Assembly (NCBI RefSeq): GCF_009914755.1
Contig: NC_060938.1
Length of the DNA: 64,000 nt
Origin: the human T2T-CHM13v2.0 reference genome, Homo sapiens
Direction: 5' to 3' (one strand)
The stretch's first letter is position 1; each line of letters opens with the position of its first letter. Below the pieces are notes generated by a model. It was given only the letters and a program-made list of their open reading frames with translations, was not told the origin of the DNA and searched no databases. This document shows, one piece after another, positions 1-13,036 of this stretch. A program made the translations under genes and the position numbers.

Positions 1-3000
1 CAAAAGGAAATTACGTGTGTGCCTTCAATTGCTTCTTATTTTTCAGAAGAGTAGTCTGCAGCTACCTTTTCCCTCCATAAGTTCTGACTCCAGTCCTATT
101 TCAAAACAAAGTTACATATTAGCAACCTCTTTAGCCTTAAGATTCTTATTTTCAAAATTTCCCACTGTTTTTCCTTTTATCTCTTGATGAATAAAACACG
201 AGAAACACAACATGAAATGGTGAGTAGATTTTGTGCATAGTGACAAGAATTTGCAAAAACAGAAGTTCTTCCTTTAATCTAATTTTTTATCAATTTACTT
301 ACTTCATTCTTATTTAGTGTCTGGTGAAATTTTAGAGATGTAAAATGTAGTGAATATGTATTTTATATGAATATATTCTGATTAAACCTGAACAAACTAT
401 GACCTTGTTTTTTAATCAGCTGAATGACGTGATTAGAGAATATGAACCAGTGTCAAAATGCTCACCAACAAATCAGTCACTCCCTTGCCGAACCAATTGT
501 AAATGGACCTCGATCACCATTACAAATACCTGTTTCTTGTTTTAGTGCCATGAGTAAGACATTAGCAAGTCAGTCTAAGTTTCCAATAGCCACAAACATG
601 GCTCCTTTGAGTCACATGTGTCTGTTCACTTTGTTTTCTGCTGACACTGTGGCTGCTGACAACACTCCTGTCATTTCTCTCTCACCAATTTCACAACCCA
701 GGCAGCTGACAAGATCAGTGTGGATTCCTGAGAAGTCCCCAGTTGTGTTTCTCAATAAAATTTTGGAGCTAAAACTTATGGAACCCCATGAAGGGAAATG
801 GGACCCAAGGCTTCTGTATAGTACAAGTGAAAAAAACAATTCCTTTCAAAAAATAATCCCATGCCTTTCACAAATTCTCAGCTCCTCACTCCTCTCCCAT
901 GTTGGTGAGACCTAGTCATCTGGTTGCTTCATTATTTATTGAAAGCACCTTGGGGAGCAATGTGTTGTTTCCCATGGTGTTATTCAATAGATAATGAATT
1001 AATGAACAGAGGAGCAAAGAGATTTGTGCAACAGAAGGGAAGCAAAAGAGATTTGTGCCTCAGGAGGGAAGCAAAAGAGACTAGGAGAAAAGAACAAAGA
1101 GGAAAAGTTCCTAATGAATGTAAAAAGAAGTGCTTTTTCTCCCCATACCTTTCTTTTTTCTGTCACATAACAAAAATATTAAAACAAAATAATACGTAAC
1201 AATGCTAATATCAAAGAGGGCAGGTGGATAAGGATGAATTGTCATCTTTTGTGTCTTTATAGTGATTTAATAAACACGTTGAAAAAATACAAAATGTTTT
1301 AATTCAATCAACTAAAATTATTTAGTAAAAATAAATAGCTCAAGAACATTTAGTCACCTATGTGAAAGCCAATATAGTTTCTCTATGGTAAACAGAGAAG
1401 ACTAATCCACAGACTTCGTGGCATTAAAAAACTTTTTTTTAAATTTTTAATTCAACAATGGACTCCTTATGAGATATTGTTGTTCCTCTAATGTGAAGAT
1501 GTTTCCCTTGATCCCCCATTTTCTTCCAGAAGCTCAGAAATGTTAACACTGCTGGATATTCTCTTTCATAAATCTTTCTTGTGGCTTCTTTGGACATGAA
1601 CAGATCTACAGAACTGTTGCTAAATGATCATTTTTTATCACATCTACTGTGGTTTAATAGACAAAACTTATTCATATAGTGTCCAAAACCAATCAACCTC
1701 TAGTGAAAAGTGTCATATCAAATTTCTTATGTAACTGTTATAATTAATATAAGAATACCTGTTTAAAAATCAAATATTCAGTAAAAATTTACTAAACAGA
1801 ATCCCATTCCAAATATTTCTTACTATGAAGCTGAACATAAGAATGATACTCTCTGATGCTACACTTTTCTTCCCCAGAAAAGAAAGAGTTGTTTCTCTCT
1901 GCCAAATAGTTTGAAAGGGTTTAGCAATAAGAGAGCAAGTAGAAACCATGCTTGCTTATGTATTTACATGACAGGTCAGTGCGCATTTACATAAAACTGA
2001 AGATAATGTTACACATACACATACATATACACACACAGGGGAAGGAGTTAGGAAACCTGCTTTTTAGAGCCATCTAAGGTTGGAAGAAGTTTAAGGATGA
2101 CTTCCAAAGAGTATGAAATATTAATAAAAGTAAAATTGTTTAAACATTTGAAAGTGTGCAATTGAAATGAGGAGGTGTGCAAAGAAGAGATTATGAACCT
2201 ATGAGACAAATCAAGACCATCATGAAAAAGTAAGGCATGAAGACAGTGTCTGACGGGTCAGTGTCATTGTTCTTGTATATCAAAATTTATAGGTGGTATT
2301 AATTAAAGAGAGTTGACTTACATGAAACTCTTTAACAATCAAATTAAGCACATAAAATAAATATAATCACACTATTATACTTTTATTGTTATTCATTATT
2401 TTAAAATATTTTTAATCTTTTTTAGTTTTAATTTTTTGTGATCTTTTAGTCCATTTTCTTTCATTTTTAATTCTAGTTCTTCAGTGGTGTTAGTATTTTA
2501 TTTTCATTATTTCCATTAGAAGTCCTTGTTAATTATTTTTCTTTTATACTTTTTTCTTTTTTTGGTACTGTTATTACTTTTAGCTTTTAATTCTTGTTCA
2601 TTGGTTTTTTATCTTATTTTACAGTATTTATTTTCAATATAAATCTTTAAAAATATAAATATAGAACGTAATAATGTTTCTTATTAAAATTTACACAAAT
2701 CTTACCTGCAGAGATTTAGAAGCAATTGATTTAAGGATGGTTAACAATAAGCTCACTTTCTCAACCTGATCTCTGAAACTCTATGTCCAGGCCCCTTCAA
2801 TTAATCACCTTTGCAAGCAACAAATAAATATTTCCATGGATTTTATAGAAAACTTGCTAGTTACTTCAAGCCCTTTCCAGAAGATTCATAATACACTCAA
2901 CATATAGTCCACTTGAATGGCCAAAGTGTTGAGTCTTGACATGTACCATTCAAAATCTTTATTTGTAGCTCTGTGCTTTGAAATCTATCTGATATAAAGG

Positions 3001-4560
3001 CCCCAAATTTTGCACAAGCTATGCTCAGGGTCTCCTTCCATTATAAGGCATTTTTAGAATCCAAAGGTGAGACAGCTCTTCTTTCCAGATGATTCCCATA
3101 ATTACTGAGCTCATTAGAATTCTACAACTAATGTAGAACGCGTCTCCACTTTTCCGTGCCTTCAAGCCTAAAAATCATAACAGAAATCTCAAAATAATGG
3201 CTAATAGCAGAATCCAGGCTTCTTCTCTTGCTCCTGGAGGAAACAGGAAGATGTCCTAATGTTTCATAACCATTCCAATGATATTTCCCTGCCAGCCTTT
3301 AGTTGTGAAATTCCCCATAGCCACACTCTGGCTGGGGGTCTGGCTTTTCAGACATTTCCTATCCAATTCCTTTTACCATTTTCAGTGTGATCTTGGGCAA
3401 GGCAAGTGAGAACACTGATACATTGTCTTGCTTATACAGTACATGACTTTAATTCAGTTTCCTTTCATGCCGAATGTAAAATTCTGCCTTAGTATTTATG
3501 AGATGTCTTTAGTGATATGACATAACTTACAGTTTGCACGAGTCATTCTATTTAAAATAAAAATTCCTCTGAAACTTCCAAATGCTTTGTTTTTTGTGTT
3601 TTGATAAGTATTTATTTTCAGAACTTGGAAGGACATGGTATAATTTTAGTCATTTATTATAAGATATATACAATCAGAATAAAAATAGAAAGAAAAAGCA
3701 ACATAAGATTTTAAGACCTTTACAATGAGACTAAAAAATAGAAAATACAGATAAGAAAAAACTTAAAAATGCACACACCAAATACTACATAGAAACAAGT
3801 GGCATATACCATTTCGGATTATTTATCCTGTCCATAAAAACATTACTCTAGATACATCAGTTCATTATTTAAAATGTTTCATTAATGATATGTTTCACAT
3901 GTGCTATAGAGGGCTAAGGGTCTTATATTGGAGTTTTTTTCTTTTTCTTTGTCCTGAGTTTTCTGCAGGTCATGTTGGTGTGGCTGTTTTTAATATAAAT
4001 TCTTGAATTCTAACTATTGGACACTTAAATTCTCTTAAGAAAATGTATAATATTTCTTCTATTACTAAAATATATTTCATTATTTTTAGCATGCATACAA
4101 TAAATATTTGTTTATAACTCATGTTACACAAATTCTTATAATGAGGGAAATACCTATACATTATGATTTATTTCAAACATAAACATGATATACAACTAGC
4201 CTTGGCTAATTCTTCTATAGATATTCGTGGGTTTTTGGAAGGGAACCAGTAATTCTACATTTTTGATGACTACTAAACACTCCTCTGGTATTAAAATCAC
4301 AAATGTTAGATTTGGCCTATTTTTCTGAAATAGATTGAGTCTACTTCCAACATTAAACATCTGGGGGATTTAACGTTTAAATCTGTATTTCTATTTCTCC
4401 CCACAAAATTTAGGGTTCTAACAATACTAGACACATTGGATTATAAGCTGTGACTACCACATTACAGCTGGTATGGGCACTTCGGTTCACCACAGTGCAC
4501 TACTCCCTATTGAAGATACAGACTACTACCCCTCCCTATTAAAGATATCTTACTCAGTGG

Positions 4561-4883
4561 TTTTTTTTTTTGTTGTTTTTCTTTCTTCTTTTGTTTTTTA
4601 GAGACAGAACCATGTCACCCAGGCTGCAGTGCAGTGACACGATCATAGGTCACTGCAGCCTTAAACTCCTGAGCTCAAGTGATCCTCCTGCCTCAGTCTC
4701 CCAAGTAACTGAGACTACAGGCATGCATCACCACACCAGGCTGATTTTTTAAAATTTTATTTTTTGGTAGAGACAGGGTCTTGCTATGTTGCCCACACTG
4801 GTCTCAACTCCCAGCCTTAAGCAATCTTCTCACCTTGTTCAACCAAAGTGCTAGGATTACTGGAATGAGCCCCTGTGCCTGGC
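4561..4883 (-). mobile_element. AluJ SINE, full-length dimer
   Basis: T-rich tail at 4561, then reverse-complement Alu arms (gagacag..caggctgcagtgcagtg; aaagtgctaggattac). High divergence and J-type cactgcagcctt..ctcctgagctcaag. Confidence 0.93.
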
Positions 4884-5684
4884 AAAGACCATGCTTTATG
4901 ATAACCACTTGGCCCCTGTGTGCATTTCAAATGGGGATCCCAGCTTTATTGCTTTTTCCTGTCTTTCTTGTGAGACAATCACTTTGATCCCCTGAGGTTA
5001 CTACATTTTGTCATACCTGGTTAAACAGGCTGCTTAACTGCTTAATGTAACATGCTCATTATATCAAGGCTGTAAATACATTTATAACAAATGTGATTTT
5101 CTTTGTAAAGGCACAGGAGTATCCTTTATTTTCCAATTAGAAGCACTAATGACTTATGATTGTGATTATCGTGGAATGTATCCCTGAAATATAGTAGATT
5201 ATTGATTATATTAAATTATACTCCTCTTGTGGTAGTAAGATAATAGTAAAAGCCTAGCTTGGGCTCATGCTCACAAATGTTCCATCAAAGGCAAAAAGCA
5301 AAGGCAGACCTCAGGGATCACTATTACACTACTTAACCTTGGAGATGGTTTTGTGATAACAAACAGCAGGGGCTAATGAGAAATGGCAGCTTTCCACTTT
5401 CATGAGGATCGGCCTGGCCATCAGGGCCCAAAGACTGCTAAAATAAAGCCAGGAAGTGAAAAGGTTTGAAGTCATTCCAGGAAAAGTCTAGGGGAATTAA
5501 TAATTCAGGAAAAGCTAGAATTAGAAAAATATAATTTGTAGAAAGGAGAATTTTGTGAAATCTTGTAAGAAATAAAATAGGCAAAATGTTGAATGGTGTA
5601 ATTAGTGGTGACTTTTGAGTAGGAAAATGTGGGTTTAGGTCCTTATGCATTTGATATTTAGCTGTTTAGATATTTATTTGTTTA

Positions 5685-5775
5685 GCTATTTGATAGTTAT
5701 TAGACTGGCAAAATTTGTTATCTTCTCTAACTTGTTTCCTCATCTCTATGTGGCAACTATACCTGCTTAGCGAAA
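5685..5775 (+). mobile_element. MIR core fragment
   Basis: Degenerate match to the MIR core (ggcaaaatttgtt..tctct..gtttcctcatct). Confidence 0.4.
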
Positions 5776-6774
5776 AAATTTTAAGATACTTACACATATT
5801 TATGTGTGTATGTGTATTTTTATATATGTACATACATGTAGTAGGCATATAATTAATCGATATCAGGCATTGTTGCTACTATGTCTATTATATTTATCCC
5901 TACTACACCTATTACTGTGTGCTGTGTTCTTCCACCTATCAGTCTCTATAACGTTGAGCAAAAGTTGTGAAGTGGGATAAACTTTTCCATGTGCTATATG
6001 GAGACAACTTTTCACAATCTAAAATTGATGATCCATATGTTTTATTTCATTAATTATTTAATTGCATTTAATTACAACTTCAAGAAGAGTCTATTTAAAA
6101 AAATCAAAAACAAAACTGGATGCCCTCTTCTAATTCCTGATGAGATTTTAGGAATTTGGTACCAATATTCCTATTAGACTTGCTCCCCCATTCAGCACCC
6201 GACTGTGTGAACTCTTTTCCAGTATTCCAGTATCAACAAAAATAATCCCAATTACTTGTAAATCCAACAAGATATTTGCTAGAAAAAAAGAGGAATGCTA
6301 TGTATGAAAAACAAACAAACAAACATACAAAAAAAGACCTCTGTTGCTATTGACTTGAAAGGATCTCAGGTACTCTTCTCCCTGCATAGCTTCCCTGAAA
6401 TTCAGAATTCTGTATCTTCACCCTTGAGCTCAGAGAAGAAAGGGAATCTAGAAGCTGGATTTGGTTCATGAGGTCCCATGCAAATCTGTAGCCCTTGACC
6501 AGGGCCTTTCTTTTTTTCTCTTTTTGATCAGACTTAGAAACATAGCTTTCAAATGGTCCTTGTCATTTATTCATTGGTCATTTCAATCAGAGAAGGAAAG
6601 TAATATTAGTTGGATTCTAAACCTCAGAAAAATTTTTAGAAACTTTGTTTTCTTTTTACTAGAGGTGATATCAAATGTAGGAATGAGGACTGACTTAAAC
6701 TTGGATTAATGTAAATATTTGGTATTATCAGCTGAATATATTTACTTTACCTTTAAGAAATCATACGTTTTTAT

Positions 6775-6860
6775 TTTCAAGATTGTGATTAGAGGCTTTT
6801 AGCATGCCTCAGCCACTTGAGAATAGAAAATAGTACATAAAGAACAACTCTGTGAGCTTT
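6775..6860 (+). mobile_element. 5' start of an old L1 5'UTR (L1PB/L1MA age), left half of an interrupted element
   Basis: caagattgtgattagaggc resembles the L1 start caagatggccgactagagg. The sequence resumes at 11890 after the duplicated target site. Confidence 0.65.
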
Positions 6861-9512
6861 ATTTATTTTATTTTATTTATTTTTATTTCACTTTAAGTTC
6901 TGGGATACATGAGCAGAACGTGCAGGTTTGTTACATAGGTATACATGTGTCATGGTGGTTTGCTGCACTTATCAACCCATCATCTAGGTTTTAAGCCCCA
7001 CGTGCATTAGGTATTTGTTTTAATGCTCTCCATGCCTTTGCCCTGAAACCCCCGACAGGCCCCGGTGTGGGTTGTTCCCCTCCCTGTGTCCATGCGTTCT
7101 CATAGTTCAACTCCCACTTATGAGTGAGAACAAGCAGCGTTTGGATTTCTGTTCTGTGTTAGTTTGCCGAGAATGATGGCTTCCAGCTTTATCCATGTTC
7201 TTGTAAAGGATATGATTTCATTCCTTTTTATAGCTGCATAGCATTCCATGGTGTATATGTGCCACATTGTCTTTATCCAGTCTATCATTGATGGGCATTT
7301 GGGTTGGTTCCATGTCTTTGCTATTGTAAATAGTACTACAATAAACATACATGTGCATATGTCTTTATAGTAGAATGAATTATAATCCTTTGGGTATATA
7401 CTCAGTAATGGGATTGATGGGTTAAATGATATTTCTGGTTCTAGGTCCTCAAGGAATTGCCACACTGTCTTTTACAATGGTTGAACTAATTTGCATTCCC
7501 ACCAACAGTGTAAAACTCTATTTCTCCACAGCCTTGCAAGCATCTGTTGTTTCTTGACTTTTTAATCATCGCCATTCTGACTGGCCTGAGATAGTATCTC
7601 CTTGTAGTTTTGATGTGCATTTCTCTAATAATCAGGGATGATGAGCTTTTTTTTGTATGCTTGTTGGCCACATACATGTCTTCTTTTGAGAAGTGTGTGT
7701 TCATATCCGTTGCCTACTTTTGATTGGGTTGTTTATTTTTTCTCGTAAATTTATTTAAGTTCCTTGTGATTCTGGATATTAGACCTTTGTCAGATGAGTA
7801 GATTGCAAAAATATTCTCCCGTTCTGTAACTTGCCTGTTCACTCTGATGATAGTTTCTTTTGCTGTGCAGAAGCTCTTTAGTTTAATTAGATCCCATTTG
7901 TCAATTTTGGGTTTTGATGCAATTGCTTTGGTGTTTTAGTCATAAAGTCTTTCCCATGCCTATGTCCTGAATGGTATTGCCTAGGTTTTCTTCTAGGGTT
8001 TTTATGGTTTTGGGTTTTACATTGAAGTTTTTAACCCATCTTGAGTTAATTATTGTATAAGGTGTAAGGAGGGGATCCAGTTTCAATTTTCTGCATATGG
8101 CTAGCCAGTTTTCCCAGGACCACTTATTAAATAGGGATTCCTTTCCCCATTGCTTGTTTTTGTCAGGTTTGTCAAAGATCAGATGGTTGTAGATGTGTGG
8201 TGTTATTTCTGAGGTCTCTGTTCTGTTCCATTGGTCTATATGTCTGTTTTGGAACCAGTACCACGTTGTTTTCATTACTGTAGCCTTGTAGTATAGTTTG
8301 AAGACAGGTAGCATAATGCCTCCAGCTTTGTTCTTTTTGCTTGGGATTGTCTTTGCTGTATGGGCTCTTTTTTGTTGCATATGAAATTTAAACTAGTTTT
8401 TTTCTAATTCTGTGTAGAATGTCAACGGTAGTTTGATGGGAATAGCATTGAATCTATAAATTACTTTGGGCATTGATGCCATTCTCACGATATTGATTCT
8501 TCCTATCCATGAGCATGGAATGCTTTTTCATTTGTTTGTGTCCTGTCTTATTTCCTTAAGCAGTGGTTTGTAGTTCTCCTTGAAGAGGTCCTTCATGTCC
8601 CTTGTAAACTGTATTCCTAGGTATTTTATTCCCTTTGCAGCAGTTGTGAATGGGAATTCATTCATGATTTGGCTCTCTGCTTGTCTATTGTTGGTGTATA
8701 GGAATGCTTGTGATTTTTGCACAATGATTTTTTTATCCTGAGACTTTGCTGAAGTTGCTTATCTGCTTAAGGAGTTTTGAGCTGAGACGATGGGGTTTTC
8801 TACATATAAAATCATGTCATCTGCAAACAGAGACAATTTGACTTCCTCTCTTCCTATCTGAATACACTTTATTTCTTTCTCTTGCCTGATTGCCCTAGCC
8901 AGAACTTCCAGTACTATGTTGAATAGGAGTGGTGAGAGAGGGCATCCTTGTTTTGTGCTGTTTTTCAAATCAAATGCTTCCAGCTTTTGCCCATTCAGTA
9001 TGATATTGGCTATGGGTTTGTCATAAGTAGCTCTTATTATTTTGATGTATGTTCCACCAATATCAAGTTTATTGAAAGTTTTTAACATGAAGGGATGTTA
9101 AATATTTTTCTAAGGCCTTTTCTGCATCTATTGAGATAATCATGTAGTTTTTGTCATTGGTTCTTTTTATGTGATTACATTTTTTGATATGTGTATGTTG
9201 AACTAACCTTGCACCCCAGGGATGAAGCCAACTTGACCATGTTGGATATGCTTTTTGATGTGCTTCTGGATTTGGTTTGCAGTATTTTATAGAGGATTTT
9301 CACATTGATGCTCATCAGGGATATTGGCCTGAAGTTTTCTATTTTTGTTGTGTCTCTACCAGGTTTTTGTATGAGGATGATGCTATTCTCATAAAATGAG
9401 TTAGGGAGGACTCCCTTCTTTTCAATTGTTTGCAATGGTTTTAGAAAAAAAATGGTACCATCTTGTCCTTGTACTTCTGATAGAATTCGGCTGTGAATGC
9501 ATCTGGTCCTGG

Positions 9513-9537
9513 TTTTTTTTTTTTTTTTTTTTTTTTT
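9513..9537. repeat. poly(T)25 tract expanded inside L1 ORF2
   Basis: 25 consecutive T at the site of the short native L1 A-run. Confidence 0.95.
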
Positions 9538-10561
9538 GGTTGGTAGGCTTTTAATTACTGCCTCTATTTCAGAACTTATTACTGGATTCAACTTCTTCCT
9601 GGTTTTGTCTTGGGAGGATGTATGTGTCCAGGAATTTATCCATTTCTTCTAGATTTTCTAGTTTGTTTGCATAGAAGTGTTTATAGTATTCTCTGATTGT
9701 AGTTTGCATTTCTGTGGGGTCAGTGGTGATATCCCTTTATCATTTTTTATTGGGTATATTTGATTCTTCTCTCTTTTCTTATTTATTAGTCTATCTAGCC
9801 TCTATCTATTTTGTTAATTTTTTCAAAAAACTGCTCCTGGATTAATTGATCTTTTGTGTCTCTCCTTCAATTCTGCTCTGATCTTAGTTGTTTCTTGTCT
9901 TCTGCTAGCTTTTGGGTTTGTTTGATCTTGCTTCTCTAGTTCTTTTAATTGTGATGTTAGGGTGTCAATTTGAGATCTTTTCAGCTTTCTAATGTGGGCA
10001 TTTAGTGCTACAAGTTTCCCTCTTAATGCTGTTTTACCTGTGTTCTAGAGATTCTGGTATGTGGTCTCCTTGTTCTCCTTGGTTTCAAGAACTTCTTGAT
10101 TTCTGCCCTAACTTCATTATATTCCCAGGACTCACTCAGGAGCAGGTTGCTCAATTTCCATGGAAATTATGTGGTTTTGACTGAGTTTCTTAATCCTGAG
10201 TTCTAATTTTTTTGTGCTGTGGTCTGAGAGACTGTTTGTTATGATTTCAGTTCCTTTGCATTTGCTGAGGAGTGTTTTACTTCTAATTACATGGTTGATT
10301 TTAGAATAAGTGCCATGTGGCATTGAGAAGAATATATATTCTGTTGATTTGGGGTGGAGAGTTCTGTAGATGTCTCTTATGTCCACTTGATCTAGAGCTG
10401 AGTTCAAGTCCTGAATATCTTTGTTAATTTTCTATCTCAATGATCTGTCTAATATTGACAGTGGGGTTTTAACGTATCCTACTATTATTGGGTGGGAGTC
10501 TAAGTCTCTTTGTAGGTCTCTAAGAGCCTGTTTTACAACTTCAGATGCTCCTGTATTGGTA

Positions 10562-10631
<70 letters not shown>
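10562..10631. repeat. compound microsatellite (TG)11(TA)24 inside the L1 endonuclease region
   Basis: Read directly from the sequence. Confidence 0.95.
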
Positions 10632-10635
<4 letters not shown>

Positions 10636-11889
10636 GAATTGTTAGCTCTTCTTGTTGCATTGATCCCTTTACCATTAGGTAATGCCCTTCTTTGTCTTTT
10701 TTGATCTTTGTTCGTTCAAAATCTGTTTTGTCCGAGACTAGGATTGCAGCCCCTTATTTATTTATTTATTTTGCTTTCCATTTGCTTGGTAAATATTCCT
10801 CCAATCCTTTATTTTGAACCCATATGTGGCATTGCATGTGAGATGGGTCTCCTGAATACAGCACACTGATGGGTCATGACTCTTTATCCAATTTGCCAGT
10901 CTATGTCCTTTAATTCGGGCATTTAGCACGTTTACATTTAAGGTTAATATTGTTATATATGAATTTGATCCTGTCATCATGATGCTAGCTGGCTATTTTG
11001 CACATTAGTTGATGCATTTTCTTCATAGTGTCATTGTTCTTTATATTTTAGTGTGTTTTCTGCAGTGATTGGTACTGATTGCTCCTTTCCACATTTAGTG
11101 TTTCCTTCAGGAGCTCTTGCATGGCAGGCCTTGTGCTGATGAAATCCTTTAGCATTTGCTTGTCTGGAAAGGATTTTATTTCTCCTTTGCTTATGAAGCT
11201 TGGTGTGCTGGATATGAAATTCTAGGTTGAAAATACTTTTCTATAAGAATATTGAATATTGGCCCCCACTCTTCTGGCTTGTAGGGTTTTTGCTGAGAGA
11301 TCTACTGTTAGTCTGATGGGCTTCCCATTGTAGGTGTCCTGACCCTTTTCTATGGCTCCCCTTAATATTTTTTCCTTCATTTCCACCTTCGAGAGTCTGA
11401 GGATTTTGTATCTTGGGTTTGATCTTCTGGTGGGGTATCTTAGTGGTGTTCTCTGTAGTTCCTGAATTTGAATGTTGGACTGTCTTGCTAGATTGGGCAA
11501 GTTCTCCTGGATAACATACTGAATTGTGTTTTCCAACTTGGTTCCATTCTCCCTGTCTTTTTCAGGTACTCCAGTCAATCACAGGTTCGGTCTTTTCACA
11601 CAGTCCCATATTTCCTGGAGACTTTGTTCATTTCTTGTCATTCTTTTTTGTCTAACCTTGGCTGCATGCCTTATTTCGGCAAGGTGGTCTTCAAACTGTG
11701 ATATACTTTCTTCCGCTTGATCAGTTCAGCTATTGATACTTGTGTATGCTTCATGAAGTTCTTGTGCTGTGTTTTTCAGCTCCATCACATCATTTATGTT
11801 CCTCTCTAGACAGGTCTATTTAGCAGTTCCTGTAACCTTTTATCAAGGTTCTTAGCTTCTTTGCATTGGGTTAGAATATGCTTTTTTAA

Positions 11890-13036
11890 CTGTGATCTTT
11901 AAATCAAGAAAGAAAATGAGAATACACCAGAATTGTGAAGGATGCCTCAGATCCTCCAGATCCTGGGGAGGAGAACATAGCCAAATAGCCCCTGTGATGG
12001 CATCTGCCTAATAAAATTGAATAAAGCACTGGTACGTGAGAGAGGCAGAGAACTTCCCTCTGTGACTCACCTTTCCACTGGGGATCCAAACCACCCATGC
12101 CAAGGGAGAGCACTTTGTTTCCTATCTGCTTATATCATTTCTGAGTGCCCCAGCTTGCTCCCCTAAGATCAGTGGTGCAGCAGGTCCCTCTCCACTTCAT
12201 CCCTTGGCAGAAATCCTGGAATTTGGAGCACACACTTTCCTGGATCAGCAGCTTGAGCCACCTCACTATTCTGTTGAGGAGATTGTGTTTCAGTGGTGTC
12301 CTCTCTGCTCCACACCCAGGCAGATCTTCAAGCATTCAGACCATTCAGATGCTATAATCGTGCTCACATGACTCAGCAGCCTGAGCCACTCCACCCTTCC
12401 TGTGCATAGATTATGGTGCAGTATGGGACCTCTCTGCCCCATTCCCAGGCAGATCTCTAGGAATTGAGAGCACCTGCTCCCCCAGAACAGCATCATGAGT
12501 CACCCTACTCCTCCTGTGGTGAGATCCTGGTGCATGATGGCCCTCTCTACTCTATTCCCAGGCTTATCTCAAGGAATTGAAAGCACTTGCTCACCCAGAA
12601 AAGCACCCCCACTTAAAGCACAGAGAGGCAAGTTGAAGGAAAAAAAAGACCCATCTGTTTGTTATCTTCAAGACACCCATCTCACACATAAGCACACACA
12701 TAGGCTCAAAGTAATGAGTTGGAGAACGATCTATCACTCAAACAGAATATGAAAAAGAGCAGGGGTTGCTATTTTTATATCAGATAAAACATACTTTAAG
12801 CCAACAACAGTAAAAATGGACAAAGAATAACATTACATAATGATAAAGGGTTTAATTCAACAAGAAGACTTAAGTATCCTAAATATATATGCACCTAACA
12901 TTGGAATATATATGTATATCAACCTAGATTCATAAAGCAAGTACTACTAGACCTATGAAATGACTTAGACAGGCAAACAATAATAGTGGGGGACTTTAAT
13001 ACCCAACTGACAGCATTAGAAAGATTATCAAGGCAG
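11890..13036 (+). mobile_element. Old L1: 5'UTR with ~114-bp monomers joined directly to an ORF2 endonuclease fragment
   Basis: GC-richer 5'UTR-like sequence to ~12600. EN-coding sequence follows (KDPSVCYLQDTHLT; taaagggtttaattcaacaagaagac; atagtgggggactttaataccc). Confidence 0.8.

Larger units (their letters stand above)
6861..11889 (-). mobile_element. L1PA7/L1PA8-age LINE-1, ~5.0 kb, 5'-truncated within ORF1, inactive
   Basis: Degenerate poly(A) tail at 6861 and an L1PA7/8-type 3'UTR (catctaggttttaagcccc). ORF2 fragments include EN MTGSNSYITILTLNVN (10980), [15 protein letters not shown] and LFADDMI (8759-9088) and the C-terminus (7118-7704). An ORF1 fragment lies at 11222-11578. Many frameshifts and stops. 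TSD ctgtgagcttt 6850-6860 / ctgtgatcttt 11890-11900. Confidence 0.96.

Noticed and set aside
7118-11578. Many minus-strand ORFs with clear EN, RT and ORF1 similarity
   Set aside because: They are frameshifted fragments of one dead L1PA, not functional CDS. The same applies to 55286-57665.
12166-12600. Regularly spaced repeats that superficially resemble a CRISPR array
   Set aside because: Whole units are homologous, with no unique spacers and no cas genes. The context is a primate L1 5'UTR.
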